Positions 9,621 through 19,463 of a DNA stretch of 64,000 bases are shown piece by piece. The notes below the pieces were generated by a model. That model was not told the DNA's origin. It did no database searches and saw only the letters and a list, made by a program, of their open reading frames with translations. A program made the translations under genes and the position numbers. Each line of letters opens with the position of its first letter. Positions within the stretch are counted from its first letter, which is position 1. Source of the DNA: Nitrospirota bacterium (lineage in GTDB: Bacteria > Nitrospirota > Thermodesulfovibrionia > SZUA-242); contig JACRHH010000035.1 in assembly GCA_016212095.1 (NCBI GenBank), positions 77,948 to 141,947 of the forward strand. Reading direction: 5' to 3'.

Positions 9621-11219
9621 TTAGGCCTCCTCGCCCTTCGTTGCAGAGGCCAGCGCTTTCCGCAGGGTGGCATCCTCGACGTCGTCCACTATTTTCACGG
9701 CGCCGATGTCTGTGGGCAGAATAAATTTCAGCTTCTTGCCGACAGCCTTTTTGTCAAGAAGCATTGCGTCCATAAGAGCCTCGGCTCGCATTTCAGATGG
9801 AATGGACGTTGGCAGACCGTAGCTTTTTATCAGCTTTCTTATTGCCGCTGCCTTGTCCTTGCCGGTCAGCTTCATCCTTACGGCCAACTCTGCGGCCACG
9901 CGCATTCCGATGGCAATCGCCTCACCGTGCAGATAACGTGTATAGCCGGTGAGCGTCTCGATCGCGTGACCCACGGTGTGACCGTAATTTAGTATTGCGC
10001 GCACCCCGCCTTCCCGTTCGTCTGCCGCCACCACATCGGCCTTAATCGCGCACGATCTGGCGATGATCCGCTCAAGCATTGGGCCGCGCGACAGGATTTC
10101 GTCGCGATTACGGCCAAGCATGTCGAAAAGCTCGGCATCGCGGATTACGCCGTACTTGATGATCTCGGCCATGCCGGCCCGCATCTCGCGCTCCGGAAGG
10201 GTGGCCAGCACGTCCTGATCCATAATCACAAGCGACGGCTGGAAAAACGCGCCGATCATGTTTTTGCCGAGCGGATGGTTCACGCCGGTCTTTCCGCCAA
10301 CCGAGCTGTCCACCTGCGCAAGAAGCGTTGTCGGAACCTGCACGCACCGGATGCCGCGCATGTAGGTTGCCGCGGCAAAACCGGCCATGTCGCCGATCAC
10401 TCCGCCGCCAAGCGCAACTATCACAGCGCGCCTGTCGAACCGCGCCGAAAGCAGATCGCCCATGATTTTTTGATACCACATCAGATCCTTGTACGACTCG
10501 CCGTCCGGAATGATCACGCGAACCGGCCTGAAGCCGTATTCCGAAATCGCGCGCTCAACCTGCTCTCCGTACAGGGAAAACACGGTCGGATTCGAAATGA
10601 TCGCAACGCCGGTTGGCCTCAGCCCCTTCAGCCTTGCGGCAAGCCCGCCAAGAACGCCCCGCCCTATCATTATGTCGTAGCTTCTGTCGCCCAGTTCAAC
10701 GCGCACTGTCGGTTTCGCCAGCGCCAGACGCGCGGAAATGTCCGAAGCCGCCTCGCCCACGCTTATGAAGCTTGTGTCCATCGTTATGTCGGCCTGAGCG
10801 TAATTGGTTTTGCGAAGCGCCAGAAGCCGCTTGATCTCCTTGAGCGGCTCATCCACGTTCAGGAGCGGGCGGCTTCCGTTTTCGCTCATGGTTCGCCGCA
10901 GGATCACTTCGGGTTCGGTCTTGAGCCAGACGATTATGCCGCTCGACCGGAGCGCCTTCACGTTGGCTGCGTCCTGCATGACCCCGCCGCCGGTTGCCAC
11001 GATCACGCCTCTGCGTAGTGCAACCGCCGCCACAACCTCGCGTTCTATGCCGCGAAAATAGGCCTCGCCGTGCTCCTTGAATATGGCCGGAACGCTACGT
11101 TGCTCGGCTCTGGAAATGATCTCGTCGGTATCGACAAAAGGCATTCCGGTTAACCGGCTTAGTTCCATCCCTATTGATGTCTTGCCGGTTCCCATGAATC
11201 CAACCAGTACGACGTTCAT
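9621..11219 (-). CDS. aroKB: bifunctional shikimate kinase / 3-dehydroquinate synthase (AroK-AroB fusion)
   Basis: N-terminal Walker A VVLVGFMGTGKTSIG plus the shikimate kinase core; C-terminal DHQ synthase motifs (GGGVIGDMAGFAAATYMRGIRCVQVPTTLLAQVDSSVGGKTGVN, HGEAIAIG). Confidence 0.9.
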   Translation of the reverse strand: MNVVLVGFMGTGKTSIGMELSRLTGMPFVDTDEIISRAEQRSVPAIFKEHGEAYFRGIEREVVAAVALRRGVIVATGGGVMQDAANVKALRSSGIIVWLKTEPEVILRRTMSENGSRPLLNVDEPLKEIKRLLALRKTNYAQADITMDTSFISVGEAASDISARLALAKPTVRVELGDRSYDIMIGRGVLGGLAARLKGLRPTGVAIISNPTVFSLYGEQVERAISEYGFRPVRVIIPDGESYKDLMWYQKIMGDLLSARFDRRAVIVALGGGVIGDMAGFAAATYMRGIRCVQVPTTLLAQVDSSVGGKTGVNHPLGKNMIGAFFQPSLVIMDQDVLATLPEREMRAGMAEIIKYGVIRDAELFDMLGRNRDEILSRGPMLERIIARSCAIKADVVAADEREGGVRAILNYGHTVGHAIETLTGYTRYLHGEAIAIGMRVAAELAVRMKLTGKDKAAAIRKLIKSYGLPTSIPSEMRAEALMDAMLLDKKAVGKKLKFILPTDIGAVKIVDDVEDATLRKALASATKGEEA

Positions 11220-11235
11220 CTGTCTGCTCCCCTTG

Positions 11236-12417
11236 CTATCTTGTCTTTATGTAATCGAGCCAGCCGCGAAGATTGCGCGAAATCTCTGCCATGGAATCGC
11301 CGCCGAATTTCACAAGCATCTCATCCGCAAGCACCAGCGCAACCATAGCCTCGCAGACAACCGCCGCGGCTGGAACCGCGCAGACGTCGGATCGTTCATA
11401 CGCCGCCGAAACCGGCTCATGCGTAGCCATGTCAACCGATGCAAGCGGATGGCGCTGCGTCGGGATCGGCTTCATGGCGGCGCGCAGAACTATCGGCATT
11501 CCGTTTGACATGCCGCCCTCGATACCGCCGCTCCTGTTGGTTCCGCGACTGTAACCTTCAGCGCCGTAAAAAATCTCGTCCATCACCTCCGGGCCGGGCC
11601 GTCGTCCGGCCTCGAATCCGATGCCGACCTCAACGCCCTTTATTGCCTGAACGCCCATGAGCGCGGCGGCGAGGCGGGAGTTCAGGCGCTTGTCCCATTG
11701 CGTGAAGTCGCCAAGCCCAAGCGGAACGCCTGTTGCCACGACATCGAAAATGCCGCCAAGCGAGTAGCCGCCCTCGATGGCACGGTCTATCTCGCGGCGC
11801 ATGGCATTAGCCGCAGCCTCGTCAGGACATCTGACATCCGAGTTTTCCGCCCGCTCGAACATCGCGGCGATGTCCGATGTGTCGAACGATTGATCCATAT
11901 GTTGATCAATATGTGCCGGGCCGATTCCGCGAACGAAGCTCGTTACCCTTATGCCGAACTCATCAAGGAAACGCTTGGCTATCGCGCCAAGCGCAACGCG
12001 CATCGCGGTTTCGCGCGCACTTGAGCGTTCAAGCACGTTTCGGGCGTCTGCATGGTCGTACTTTATCGCGCCCACAAGATCGGCATGGCCGGGGCGCGGC
12101 CTGGTAACCGCCGGAATCGATCCGGCGCTGGTCTCGTCAGCCGACATGCCCTGCTCCCAGTTTGCCCAGTCTCGGTTTTCGATCAGAAGCGCTACCGGGC
12201 TTCCAAGGGTTTTGCCCCATCGAACTCCTGAAAGAATGCGGGCGGCGTCGGTCTCGATCTTCATGCGCCCGCCGCGTCCATAGCCCTTTTGCCTTCGCGC
12301 AAGGTCGCGGTTTATGTCGTCAGCGGACAGGTTTAAATTGGATGGAATGCCCTCGATCACGCCGCATAGCGCGGGGCCGTGGGATTCGCCGGTGGTTGTG
12401 AAGCGGAGTTTTGTCAT
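11236..12417 (-). CDS. aroC: chorismate synthase
   Basis: MTKLRFTTTGESHGPALCGVIEGIPSNL and GRSSARETAMRVALGAIA are signature chorismate synthase motifs. Confidence 0.93.
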   Translation of the reverse strand: MTKLRFTTTGESHGPALCGVIEGIPSNLNLSADDINRDLARRQKGYGRGGRMKIETDAARILSGVRWGKTLGSPVALLIENRDWANWEQGMSADETSAGSIPAVTRPRPGHADLVGAIKYDHADARNVLERSSARETAMRVALGAIAKRFLDEFGIRVTSFVRGIGPAHIDQHMDQSFDTSDIAAMFERAENSDVRCPDEAAANAMRREIDRAIEGGYSLGGIFDVVATGVPLGLGDFTQWDKRLNSRLAAALMGVQAIKGVEVGIGFEAGRRPGPEVMDEIFYGAEGYSRGTNRSGGIEGGMSNGMPIVLRAAMKPIPTQRHPLASVDMATHEPVSAAYERSDVCAVPAAAVVCEAMVALVLADEMLVKFGGDSMAEISRNLRGWLDYIKTR

Positions 12418-12444
12418 TGTTATATATCCTCGGCCCCTAGATCA

Positions 12445-12663
12445 TCAGGCGGCAAGCAATTGACGCGAAACCGGAAGCCTGTTTAGCACCAGCTCGTTTA
12501 GAACAAGTTTGCTGCTTGCGTTGTCGATGTCAATTCCAACAATGCCTCCGCCCTCGTCATAATCGATTACAACTCCCGGTGAAATCTCCACGCTTTCGGC
12601 GCTCGGCCTGTCGGCAAGATCGATATAGAGCGAGTCTGTGTCTGAATAGTAGTTAAGTTTCAT
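12445..12663 (-). CDS. DUF2283 family small protein (putative antitoxin component)
   Basis: MKLNYYSDTDSLYIDLADRP... is the characteristic DUF2283 N-terminus. Confidence 0.65.
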   Translation of the reverse strand: MKLNYYSDTDSLYIDLADRPSAESVEISPGVVIDYDEGGGIVGIDIDNASSKLVLNELVLNRLPVSRQLLAA

Positions 12664-12902
12664 GGCCTGAATCCTCTATCCGGAAATGCGTTATGTATTG
12701 TGAGCTTGTCATCCAATGTCACAACCCGTAGATACCTGTCGCCCAGCTCCGGCACAATGCCCCAGAAGCGAAACCGGTTGTGCTCCTGCGGTTCAAATTT
12801 AACCGGATTTTCGATGACAGCGATACACCATTCTATCTTGAGATAGGGACGCTTGCGCAAAACCTCATTTTCAAAGTAAGGTGTGAATCGGTATTTGTCC
12901 AT
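12660..12902 (-). CDS. DUF4258 family small protein (putative toxin component)
   Basis: 80 aa; 4-nt overlap with the downstream DUF2283 gene; this pairing is commonly seen as a putative toxin-antitoxin module. Confidence 0.55.
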   Translation of the reverse strand: MDKYRFTPYFENEVLRKRPYLKIEWCIAVIENPVKFEPQEHNRFRFWGIVPELGDRYLRVVTLDDKLTIHNAFPDRGFRP

Positions 12903-12926
12903 TGGATTAAGGGCTGCGAAATTATA

Positions 12927-12961
12927 ACAAAAACCCCGGCTCCGGGGGGCCGGAACCGGGG
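12927..12961 (-). terminator. Rho-independent terminator after the adhesin gene
   Basis: CCCCGGttccggccccccggagCCGGGG hairpin followed by TTTTTGT on the minus strand. Confidence 0.6.
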
Positions 12962-12999
12962 CTGTCGATTGTTTAGGTGTATTCGGTCAGCCGCAGCCT

Positions 13000-15465
13000 T
13001 TAATTAACGGTTCCTGAAAAGGCAGCCACATAGTCGGCGCCTTCCCAGGTAACCTTGATACTGATATTGGAAATCTCGGCCTTTATAGTCGATGAGTCGG
13101 AATCCGACAGGATGAAATTGATTTCTTCAGGCCCTGGATGGAACTCGTTTATCATCTTGATGGATGATACGCCGTCCGGGCTGACCTTGCCTTTATCGGC
13201 GCTAATGGCGATTGTCGTATCCGGTGTAAGTCTGTTGAGGTTTACATCGGATACGATAAGCTTGAACAGGGCGGAACCGCCGTTTGCGATATTGAAAGTA
13301 GTGAATGGTTCAAAAGTGCCGTTCCCGGTATTATACTTGCTCAGCATGATATACGCCGGTGGCCCGGTGACAAGAATGTGTTGGGCGTCGAACAGCGCCT
13401 TTGATGAATCCCATGTGCCATTGGCCCCATCCCACGATCCATTTTTGTTTTTGTCGATATAGATTTCGAAAGGATCGACGCCGGTTCCGTCTTCACGCGT
13501 TCCGCTGTCGTTTGCATCGATGTACGGCTCTTGATATGTGTCTGAGAATGGCTCCCCCGAATCAAAGATGCCGTTTCCGTTTTGGTCGCTGAAGGCCTCT
13601 TCCCCCATGACGGACGCTACTATTGTGGCTACGCCTATTCTGGGGTGAAGCGTGGTGTCTATGCCATACTCGTTCTTGACCCGTGCAAGCAGCGCGGCTT
13701 CCGTCTCGCCGCGATCAAGGAAGTTGCTTCCGGTATCGAGGGCAACCGTAGCGGGCAGTGGATTCTGCTCACGCCACTTGACGGTTGCCTTTCCTTCCGC
13801 GTCCAGGGTTACACTGCTTGTGGCTGTCGCGCCCGCCTCTGCGTAGAAAGAAACCGTTGTGCCTTCGAGAACGTTCGCATTACCGAACCGATCGGCCATC
13901 CATACCGTAATTGAGGTTTCTTCCCCGTTGAAATCCAGACCGCGAATATTTAGAAATTCCGATGCCATCGTAAAATGGCTTGCATTTGGAATGCCGCCGC
14001 CGATTGATATTACAGGTGTTGATGATGCCAATCCCTTGCCTCTTACCGTGGCCATGATGGTGGCGTTACCGGCAACCTTGCCGCTGTGCAGTATCACCGT
14101 GGCTACTCCCGTCGATGAAGCGCCTGCCGCATACATCGGGCTGTCGTAGACTGCATTCCCGTTTGCGTCAGTATAGGTTTCGCCGTAGTCGTAGCAGCCG
14201 TTTCCATTTGCATCCGTGTATGTCTCAATTGCGCTGTTGTAGGTGTTTCCCAGATATTCGCCGCCTGCTGACGGCAAGCGTCCGCCGGATGGCCCGGCAA
14301 GGCAGTAATCTACGGTAACTGTTCCGTCGAGCACAGGATTTCCGTTTGCGTCCTTGACAAGGAAGGTAACGGTACTGTCTTCAGGTTTGCCCGATGATTT
14401 GATGCCGATACTGGCTGGCGTGGCCGATGTGAAAGTAATGCTTCCGGCCTCCACCGCATTTATTGTGATGTCAACGCTTTTGCTTATATCTCCGGCTGTT
14501 GCGGTAATGGTTTCGACGCCAACCTTGGTAAGGGCGGCGGTGAACGTGGCGGTGGCCTTGCCGTTCGATGTCGTGGCGTCTGTTGCGCTTATCGTTCCCA
14601 ACGTGCTTTCGCTCAACGCGAATTTAACGGCCGTGCCGTCGGGCATGTTCGCGCTGTTTTTGTCCAGAATTGTGGCGGATATCGAAGAGGTTGCCCCAAC
14701 AACCAGGGTTGCCGGCTGTGCCGATAACGTAACCGACGTCACTCCGGTAATCGTTACGTCTACCGTGCCGCTTTTGCCGCCAGCCGTTGCTGTCACCGTG
14801 ACAGTGCCAACCTTTGTTTTGGATGCCGTGAATGTGGCGGTTGCCGTGCCGCTGCTAGTGGATGTGGTGGCCGGTGTGATCGCTCCAAGCGTTGAATCGC
14901 TTATGGCGAAAGTGACCGACGTGCCATCCGGCATGTTTGCGTTATTTTGATCTTTTATTGTTGCGGTGATTGTGGAGGTCTGCCCGACCACTATGGATGT
15001 TGACGACGCCGTGGTGGTTACGGTTGTCACCGTCTGCCCTCCGCCAGCGCCGATTGCAACCTGCACAGTTCCCGTCTTGCCGCCCGCTGTCGCGGTAATC
15101 GTCACCGTACCGATTTTGGTTGCAGAAGCAGTAAACGTAACTGCGGCAAGGCCCGATGATGTAGTCGCGGAACTTGCCGACAGACTTCCAAAACTGCTGT
15201 CATCCATAGAAAATGCTACTTGCGTGCCGTTTGCAATAGCGTTATTGTTGGCATCAACAACCGTGGCGGATATGGCGGAAGTTGCGCTGTTTGTAACAGT
15301 GGTGGGATTGGCGGTTAAAGTTATTTTGGCAACCGTAGAGGAGAGACCTCCCCCCCCGCCTGCCGCTGACGGAGATGTTGTCTTTCCGCAGGAGGATATT
15401 AACGACACCACCGAAAACACGATGAATACGTTAAGTACGCCCTTAATGAGCCGCTTAATTATCAT
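13000..15465 (-). CDS. large surface lipoprotein with four tandem bacterial Ig-like (Big_1/invasin-like) domains
   Basis: Lipobox LISSC; a roughly 90-aa unit (TLTANPTTV...ATATFTASKTKVGTVTVTATAGGKSGTV) repeats four times; the C-terminal region is rich in DANGNG / TDANGNGxYD motifs. Confidence 0.8.
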   Translation of the reverse strand: MIIKRLIKGVLNVFIVFSVVSLISSCGKTTSPSAAGGGGGLSSTVAKITLTANPTTVTNSATSAISATVVDANNNAIANGTQVAFSMDDSSFGSLSASSATTSSGLAAVTFTASATKIGTVTITATAGGKTGTVQVAIGAGGGQTVTTVTTTASSTSIVVGQTSTITATIKDQNNANMPDGTSVTFAISDSTLGAITPATTSTSSGTATATFTASKTKVGTVTVTATAGGKSGTVDVTITGVTSVTLSAQPATLVVGATSSISATILDKNSANMPDGTAVKFALSESTLGTISATDATTSNGKATATFTAALTKVGVETITATAGDISKSVDITINAVEAGSITFTSATPASIGIKSSGKPEDSTVTFLVKDANGNPVLDGTVTVDYCLAGPSGGRLPSAGGEYLGNTYNSAIETYTDANGNGCYDYGETYTDANGNAVYDSPMYAAGASSTGVATVILHSGKVAGNATIMATVRGKGLASSTPVISIGGGIPNASHFTMASEFLNIRGLDFNGEETSITVWMADRFGNANVLEGTTVSFYAEAGATATSSVTLDAEGKATVKWREQNPLPATVALDTGSNFLDRGETEAALLARVKNEYGIDTTLHPRIGVATIVASVMGEEAFSDQNGNGIFDSGEPFSDTYQEPYIDANDSGTREDGTGVDPFEIYIDKNKNGSWDGANGTWDSSKALFDAQHILVTGPPAYIMLSKYNTGNGTFEPFTTFNIANGGSALFKLIVSDVNLNRLTPDTTIAISADKGKVSPDGVSSIKMINEFHPGPEEINFILSDSDSSTIKAEISNISIKVTWEGADYVAAFSGTVN

Positions 15466-15487
15466 GGCAATAATCCTTTAGCATGAC

Positions 15488-15919
15488 CTACTTCACTTCA
15501 ATCGTCGCCGAGGCGCTTGCCGACGCTGATGTGGCCCACAAATCGAATTTATATTTTGCACCGCCGCCATGAACCATCAGAAGACGCACCGTATATGTGC
15601 CTGTGTCGTCGGTTGTAACCGTAACCGGTTCCGAAAGGAGAACATTGCCGGTAGTCATGAGTTGAACAAGCCCCCATTGCTGGCCTCTGGCGGATATGAC
15701 AACATCCACATTGTTCATCAGCAGCCCGTCCTTGTTCTTTACCGTAATCGTGAAGTCCTTGCTCGAACTGCTTGCGGTAAGACTTGCATCCTCAATGGAA
15801 TCGGATGGCGGTGAAATAGTTATAGTTGCACCCGATGGCGCCGTGTTGTCACCGCATCCGCCGAGCATGGCGGATATGGCCAGCATCGCGGCAATGGCAA
15901 TTGTCTGAATACGTCTCAT
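15488..15919 (-). CDS. small lipoprotein, hypothetical
   Basis: MRRIQTIAIAAMLAISAMLGGCG signal plus lipobox; the ATGA start overlaps the pilQ stop. Confidence 0.55.
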   Translation of the reverse strand: MRRIQTIAIAAMLAISAMLGGCGDNTAPSGATITISPPSDSIEDASLTASSSSKDFTITVKNKDGLLMNNVDVVISARGQQWGLVQLMTTGNVLLSEPVTVTTDDTGTYTVRLLMVHGGGAKYKFDLWATSASASASATIEVK

Positions 15920-18270
15920 AGCGCCGCCTTCTCCTTCACAATTCTGGGTGTTATGAATATCAGCAGTTCGTTGACTTCGTCGCTCCTGGATTTGGATTTG
16001 AACAGCCATCCCACGCCGGGCAGATCGCCCAGAACCGGAATCTTGGTCACGGCGTCGGTGTTGTCCTTCGTGTAGATGCCGCCGATAACGATGGTCTTGC
16101 CGTCTTTAACCAGCGTCTTGGTCTTGATCTCGTTCACGTCGATGCTGACGCCGTCGGGGGTTGTCACGCCGATGGCGTTGCGCGTGGCGGTAAGCGTAAG
16201 CTGAATGAATCCGCCGGGCGTGATTTCGGGCTTCACCTTCAGGCTGAGCGTGGCGTCAACGAATTCCGTTTTGGTGCCCTCCTGCGAGGTGGTTTTAAAC
16301 GGAACCTTCGTGCCCTGCTTCACCTCGGCCTCTTCCCTGTCCATCGTCATTATGCGCGGATTGGAAAGCGTGCGGCCCTCGTTGTTCGTCTCGATCGCGG
16401 CCAGTTTCATGTTGAGCGTGAGCGCGTCGGCCACGCTTCCGATGTCCAGAGACATCGATGGCTTTGCCGAGCCCAGTCCCACGTTTGTGGCAAGGCTGCC
16501 GGACATTCTGTTTGGAAACTGCATTCCAACCGGATTGCCGTGCGCCGCATCCATCGCGAAAGTTCCAGACCAGTCGATACCGATGGTCTTGGAGACGTTT
16601 GTCTTGACCGTGACCATTCGCGCCTCGATAAGAACCTGCGGCTTGGCGATGTCCATTATCTTCACAAGATCGGCCACGCGGTTCAGGCTGTCCTCGGTGT
16701 CCTGAACAATAAGCGTGTTCATGCGCGAGTCGATCGTGATCTTGCCGCGCGGCGTAAGGATGCTGCTGTCCGTAACCGCTTTCCGGATCGCCTCGGCATC
16801 GGCGTAGTTGACCGGCACGATGCGCTGGTAGAGGTCTTCAGCCTTTGCTTTTGCCTCACGCGCCTTGCTTATCTCCTCGTTCTCCTTCGCGAAGGCCGCG
16901 GCTGGGGCGATGCGCATGATGTTGCCCTCGATGGACTTGCCGTGTCCGGTGAGCTTCAGGACTATGTCCAGAGCCTGCCCCCACGGCACGTTCTTGAGCT
17001 TGAGGTTCGGGATTCTGCCGCTAACATCCGAATGCACGACAAGATTCAGGCCGCCGACATCGGCAAGAAGCCTGTATATCTGAACAACGTCGGCATCCTG
17101 AAAGTCCAGAGAAATCTTCTGCTCGCCGTTTTCGGCGGCGGCATATGCAACCTGCGATGGAGGCTGTGTTGCTGCAACTGCAACCGGCGCTTGACCGGTC
17201 TCCGGAGCGGTCTGTTTATCGGCCATCGCGGGTGGAGCCGCCATGGAGACAGTAATTCCGGAAGCTGATCTGGAAACAGAGTAAGCCGCATCCTGTGAAA
17301 GATCGATCACAACGCGAGCCCTGTTCTTGTGGCGTCCGATCCGGACAGCCTTGACAGGCGCGGACACAGCCGGAACCGGTTCCTCCGGAATCGAGACGCC
17401 CGGAACATCGATCACGATGCGCCGCTTGTCGATGTCGAACACCTCCGGCGCAACATCCGCACCCGTGGCGATGTTTACATGAACACGCCCGCCCGATGCG
17501 CTGACCGAGACGCCGGGCTTGACGCCGGCAACGGCGGCAGGTGTATCAGTGGCAGGTTGCGGCTGTTTTGCTGCCGGTTCCTGGGCAACCGCCGCCTTGG
17601 CCTTTGGTGTGGTATCGGTTGGAACGATGTAGCTTTCGACCGGCACCGCCGCAATCGGCGCTGTTGGCGGCACCGGTGTAGCCGGTGTTGGCGGCACCGC
17701 CGAAATCGTCGGCGTCGGCGTAACCGGAGTAATTGGCGGCTGGGCCGCCGCAACAACCACGGGTTTCGCAGGCTCAACCGGCTCAGTCGGTTTCGGTGCC
17801 GGCTGAATGGCTGGCGGAATAACTGGCGCGGCGGTTGTCTCGACATTCTCCGCGAACATTCTGCTTCGCGGCACTTCAAGAATCAGCCTGTTGCCGTCCA
17901 CCCTCGGATTGATCTCGACAGGCGCTGCAAGCCCGATCTCAAGGCGGGCCATGCGCGAGGGAGTTTCGATCTGGCTTGGAATTATCTCGTAAATAGAATC
18001 TTTATCGACGACAATGCGTTCGGTGTGACCGCCAAGATCGGCGCCGCTCAACTCAACGACAGCCCTGAAAGGGTCTGCCGGCTTGTAGATGGTGAAGATA
18101 AGCGGTTTGTCGGCATCGATCTCTATGCGCTGCATTTCACCCGCGTCGCTGACATTGATGCTGTTGATCCTGATGCTCCAGTCCGCCGCGTAAGCCGCGC
18201 CGACTGTTGCCGCCAGTGTGGCTGCGGCAAGCGCAAGGAACAAGTAAGTCCGGCGAAACCCCTTCCTCAT
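15916..18270 (-). CDS. pilQ: type IV pilus secretin PilQ (AMIN domains, Pro/Thr-rich linker, C-terminal secretin)
   Basis: The secretin C-terminus has VPVLGDLPGVGWLFKSKSRSDEVNELLIFITPRIV; the N-terminus has AMIN-like repeats and a linker of about 120 aa rich in PA/PT/PV. Confidence 0.9.
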   Translation of the reverse strand: MRKGFRRTYLFLALAAATLAATVGAAYAADWSIRINSINVSDAGEMQRIEIDADKPLIFTIYKPADPFRAVVELSGADLGGHTERIVVDKDSIYEIIPSQIETPSRMARLEIGLAAPVEINPRVDGNRLILEVPRSRMFAENVETTAAPVIPPAIQPAPKPTEPVEPAKPVVVAAAQPPITPVTPTPTISAVPPTPATPVPPTAPIAAVPVESYIVPTDTTPKAKAAVAQEPAAKQPQPATDTPAAVAGVKPGVSVSASGGRVHVNIATGADVAPEVFDIDKRRIVIDVPGVSIPEEPVPAVSAPVKAVRIGRHKNRARVVIDLSQDAAYSVSRSASGITVSMAAPPAMADKQTAPETGQAPVAVAATQPPSQVAYAAAENGEQKISLDFQDADVVQIYRLLADVGGLNLVVHSDVSGRIPNLKLKNVPWGQALDIVLKLTGHGKSIEGNIMRIAPAAAFAKENEEISKAREAKAKAEDLYQRIVPVNYADAEAIRKAVTDSSILTPRGKITIDSRMNTLIVQDTEDSLNRVADLVKIMDIAKPQVLIEARMVTVKTNVSKTIGIDWSGTFAMDAAHGNPVGMQFPNRMSGSLATNVGLGSAKPSMSLDIGSVADALTLNMKLAAIETNNEGRTLSNPRIMTMDREEAEVKQGTKVPFKTTSQEGTKTEFVDATLSLKVKPEITPGGFIQLTLTATRNAIGVTTPDGVSIDVNEIKTKTLVKDGKTIVIGGIYTKDNTDAVTKIPVLGDLPGVGWLFKSKSRSDEVNELLIFITPRIVKEKAAL

Positions 18271-18806
18271 CTCTCCTCCTCCTTCCGGAGTTCCATATAC
18301 GCAGTCTGCGGACTGACCTCGCCCCTGTAATTTGCAATCATCTCGGTCACCTGTATCTTGTCTGGCTGTATTTTCACGATTCTGCCGTTGTTGATGCCAA
18401 TTTTCGCGCCCTCCCTCACGGTAAACCCCTTGCCGTCAGGGGTTGTTATCATCGCCATGTTGCCCGAAGGTGAAAGCACAATGCCGATGACCTTCAGGCT
18501 TGCTATGTCGAAGCCCTCAAGCGGAGGCACGCCGCTTCGCCGTTCCTTCTTCTGAAGATCGATGTCCTTGCCGGTCTTGAGCAGGCTCTTGAACGGGTCG
18601 CGCGCGCCCGGCATGTACGCGATGATCTCGCGCGGCTTCCCCTCTTTCGTTGAAGGATCGAACTTGGGCGCGGGTGCGGATGTCCCCGTGGGCTGGGCCA
18701 CTGGCTGCGCGGCCTTTTTTTCCTTGCAACCGGGCATTGCCGTAATCGACGCCAGAATCATGGCGGAGAGCATGAACGCATGGAGGTTGGTAGCGCCGGT
18801 TCTCAT
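18267..18806 (-). CDS. pilP: pilus assembly lipoprotein PilP
   Basis: Lipobox MPGC; position between pilO and pilQ; conserved C-terminal beta-domain. Confidence 0.75.
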   Translation of the reverse strand: MRTGATNLHAFMLSAMILASITAMPGCKEKKAAQPVAQPTGTSAPAPKFDPSTKEGKPREIIAYMPGARDPFKSLLKTGKDIDLQKKERRSGVPPLEGFDIASLKVIGIVLSPSGNMAMITTPDGKGFTVREGAKIGINNGRIVKIQPDKIQVTEMIANYRGEVSPQTAYMELRKEEER

Positions 18807-19456
18807 TGTTTTGCCTGCGGCGCGGCGGAAGCGCCCGCTCCGGACGCATCGACAGTCTTCTGGGCGGCGATGGATGTGAAGGCTGTTGCCGTGAATGCAA
18901 CGTTCAGCCGCTCGTGCTTGTCGGTTGCGCCCTTGCTTCCGGTAATCTTTATGCCCGAAACATTCACAATTCTGGTCATGGAACTTATACCGCTGAAGAA
19001 TTCTCCAAGATTATGAAACCCGCCCAGCACGCGAACCGAAACCGGTATCTCATCGTACAGGCCGCTGCTGCCGGCGCGTTTCGACTCCGGCTTCCACTCC
19101 AGTATGTCGAGGCCGGAGGCCATGCCCCTGTCCGAAATCTGGCGAAGAAGCCCGGAAACTTCCCGCTCTTCGGGAAGCTTCTCCTGCAACTCCTTGAGCT
19201 TGGCCTTCAGCCATTCATTCTCGGCCTTTAGAACCTCCAGCTTGCCGGCCTTGGTCTCGTTCGTGCGGATCTTGTTTTCCTGCTCGCCTATTTCGGCAAG
19301 CAAACGATCAAGCTGCTTGCTTTTCGGCTCGTAATCCATGATGTAGAAGGCGATGCCGGCGGCAACAGGCAGCAGGAATACAATGAGCAAGCGAGCCCAT
19401 TTCGGCGTCTTGTTCAGGTCGATCTTGATGTTTGTCTTGAATTCGAAACCGGCCAT
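18803..19456 (-). CDS. pilO: pilus assembly protein PilO
   Basis: Single TM segment (LLIVFLLPVAAGIAFYIM), coiled-coil, and periplasmic domain; start chosen at MAGFEFK (the track ORF extends 30 aa further upstream). Confidence 0.75.
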   Translation of the reverse strand: MAGFEFKTNIKIDLNKTPKWARLLIVFLLPVAAGIAFYIMDYEPKSKQLDRLLAEIGEQENKIRTNETKAGKLEVLKAENEWLKAKLKELQEKLPEEREVSGLLRQISDRGMASGLDILEWKPESKRAGSSGLYDEIPVSVRVLGGFHNLGEFFSGISSMTRIVNVSGIKITGSKGATDKHERLNVAFTATAFTSIAAQKTVDASGAGASAAPQAKQ

Positions 19457-19463
19457 TGTTCCC

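Noticed and set aside
10275-11018. 247-aa plus-strand ORF
   Set aside because: Antisense to aroKB; Arg/His-rich nonsense composition.
14354-15481. Plus-strand ORFs 14354-14950 and 14966-15481 with TM-like hydrophobic translations
   Set aside because: They are antisense to the Ig-like repeat adhesin gene. Their hydrophobicity mirrors the Thr/Ala/Val-rich sense strand.
16205-18330. Several plus-strand ORFs (16205-16705, 16540-17268, 17329-18330)
   Set aside because: All lie inside pilQ on the opposite strand, and pilQ has clear secretin and AMIN motifs.
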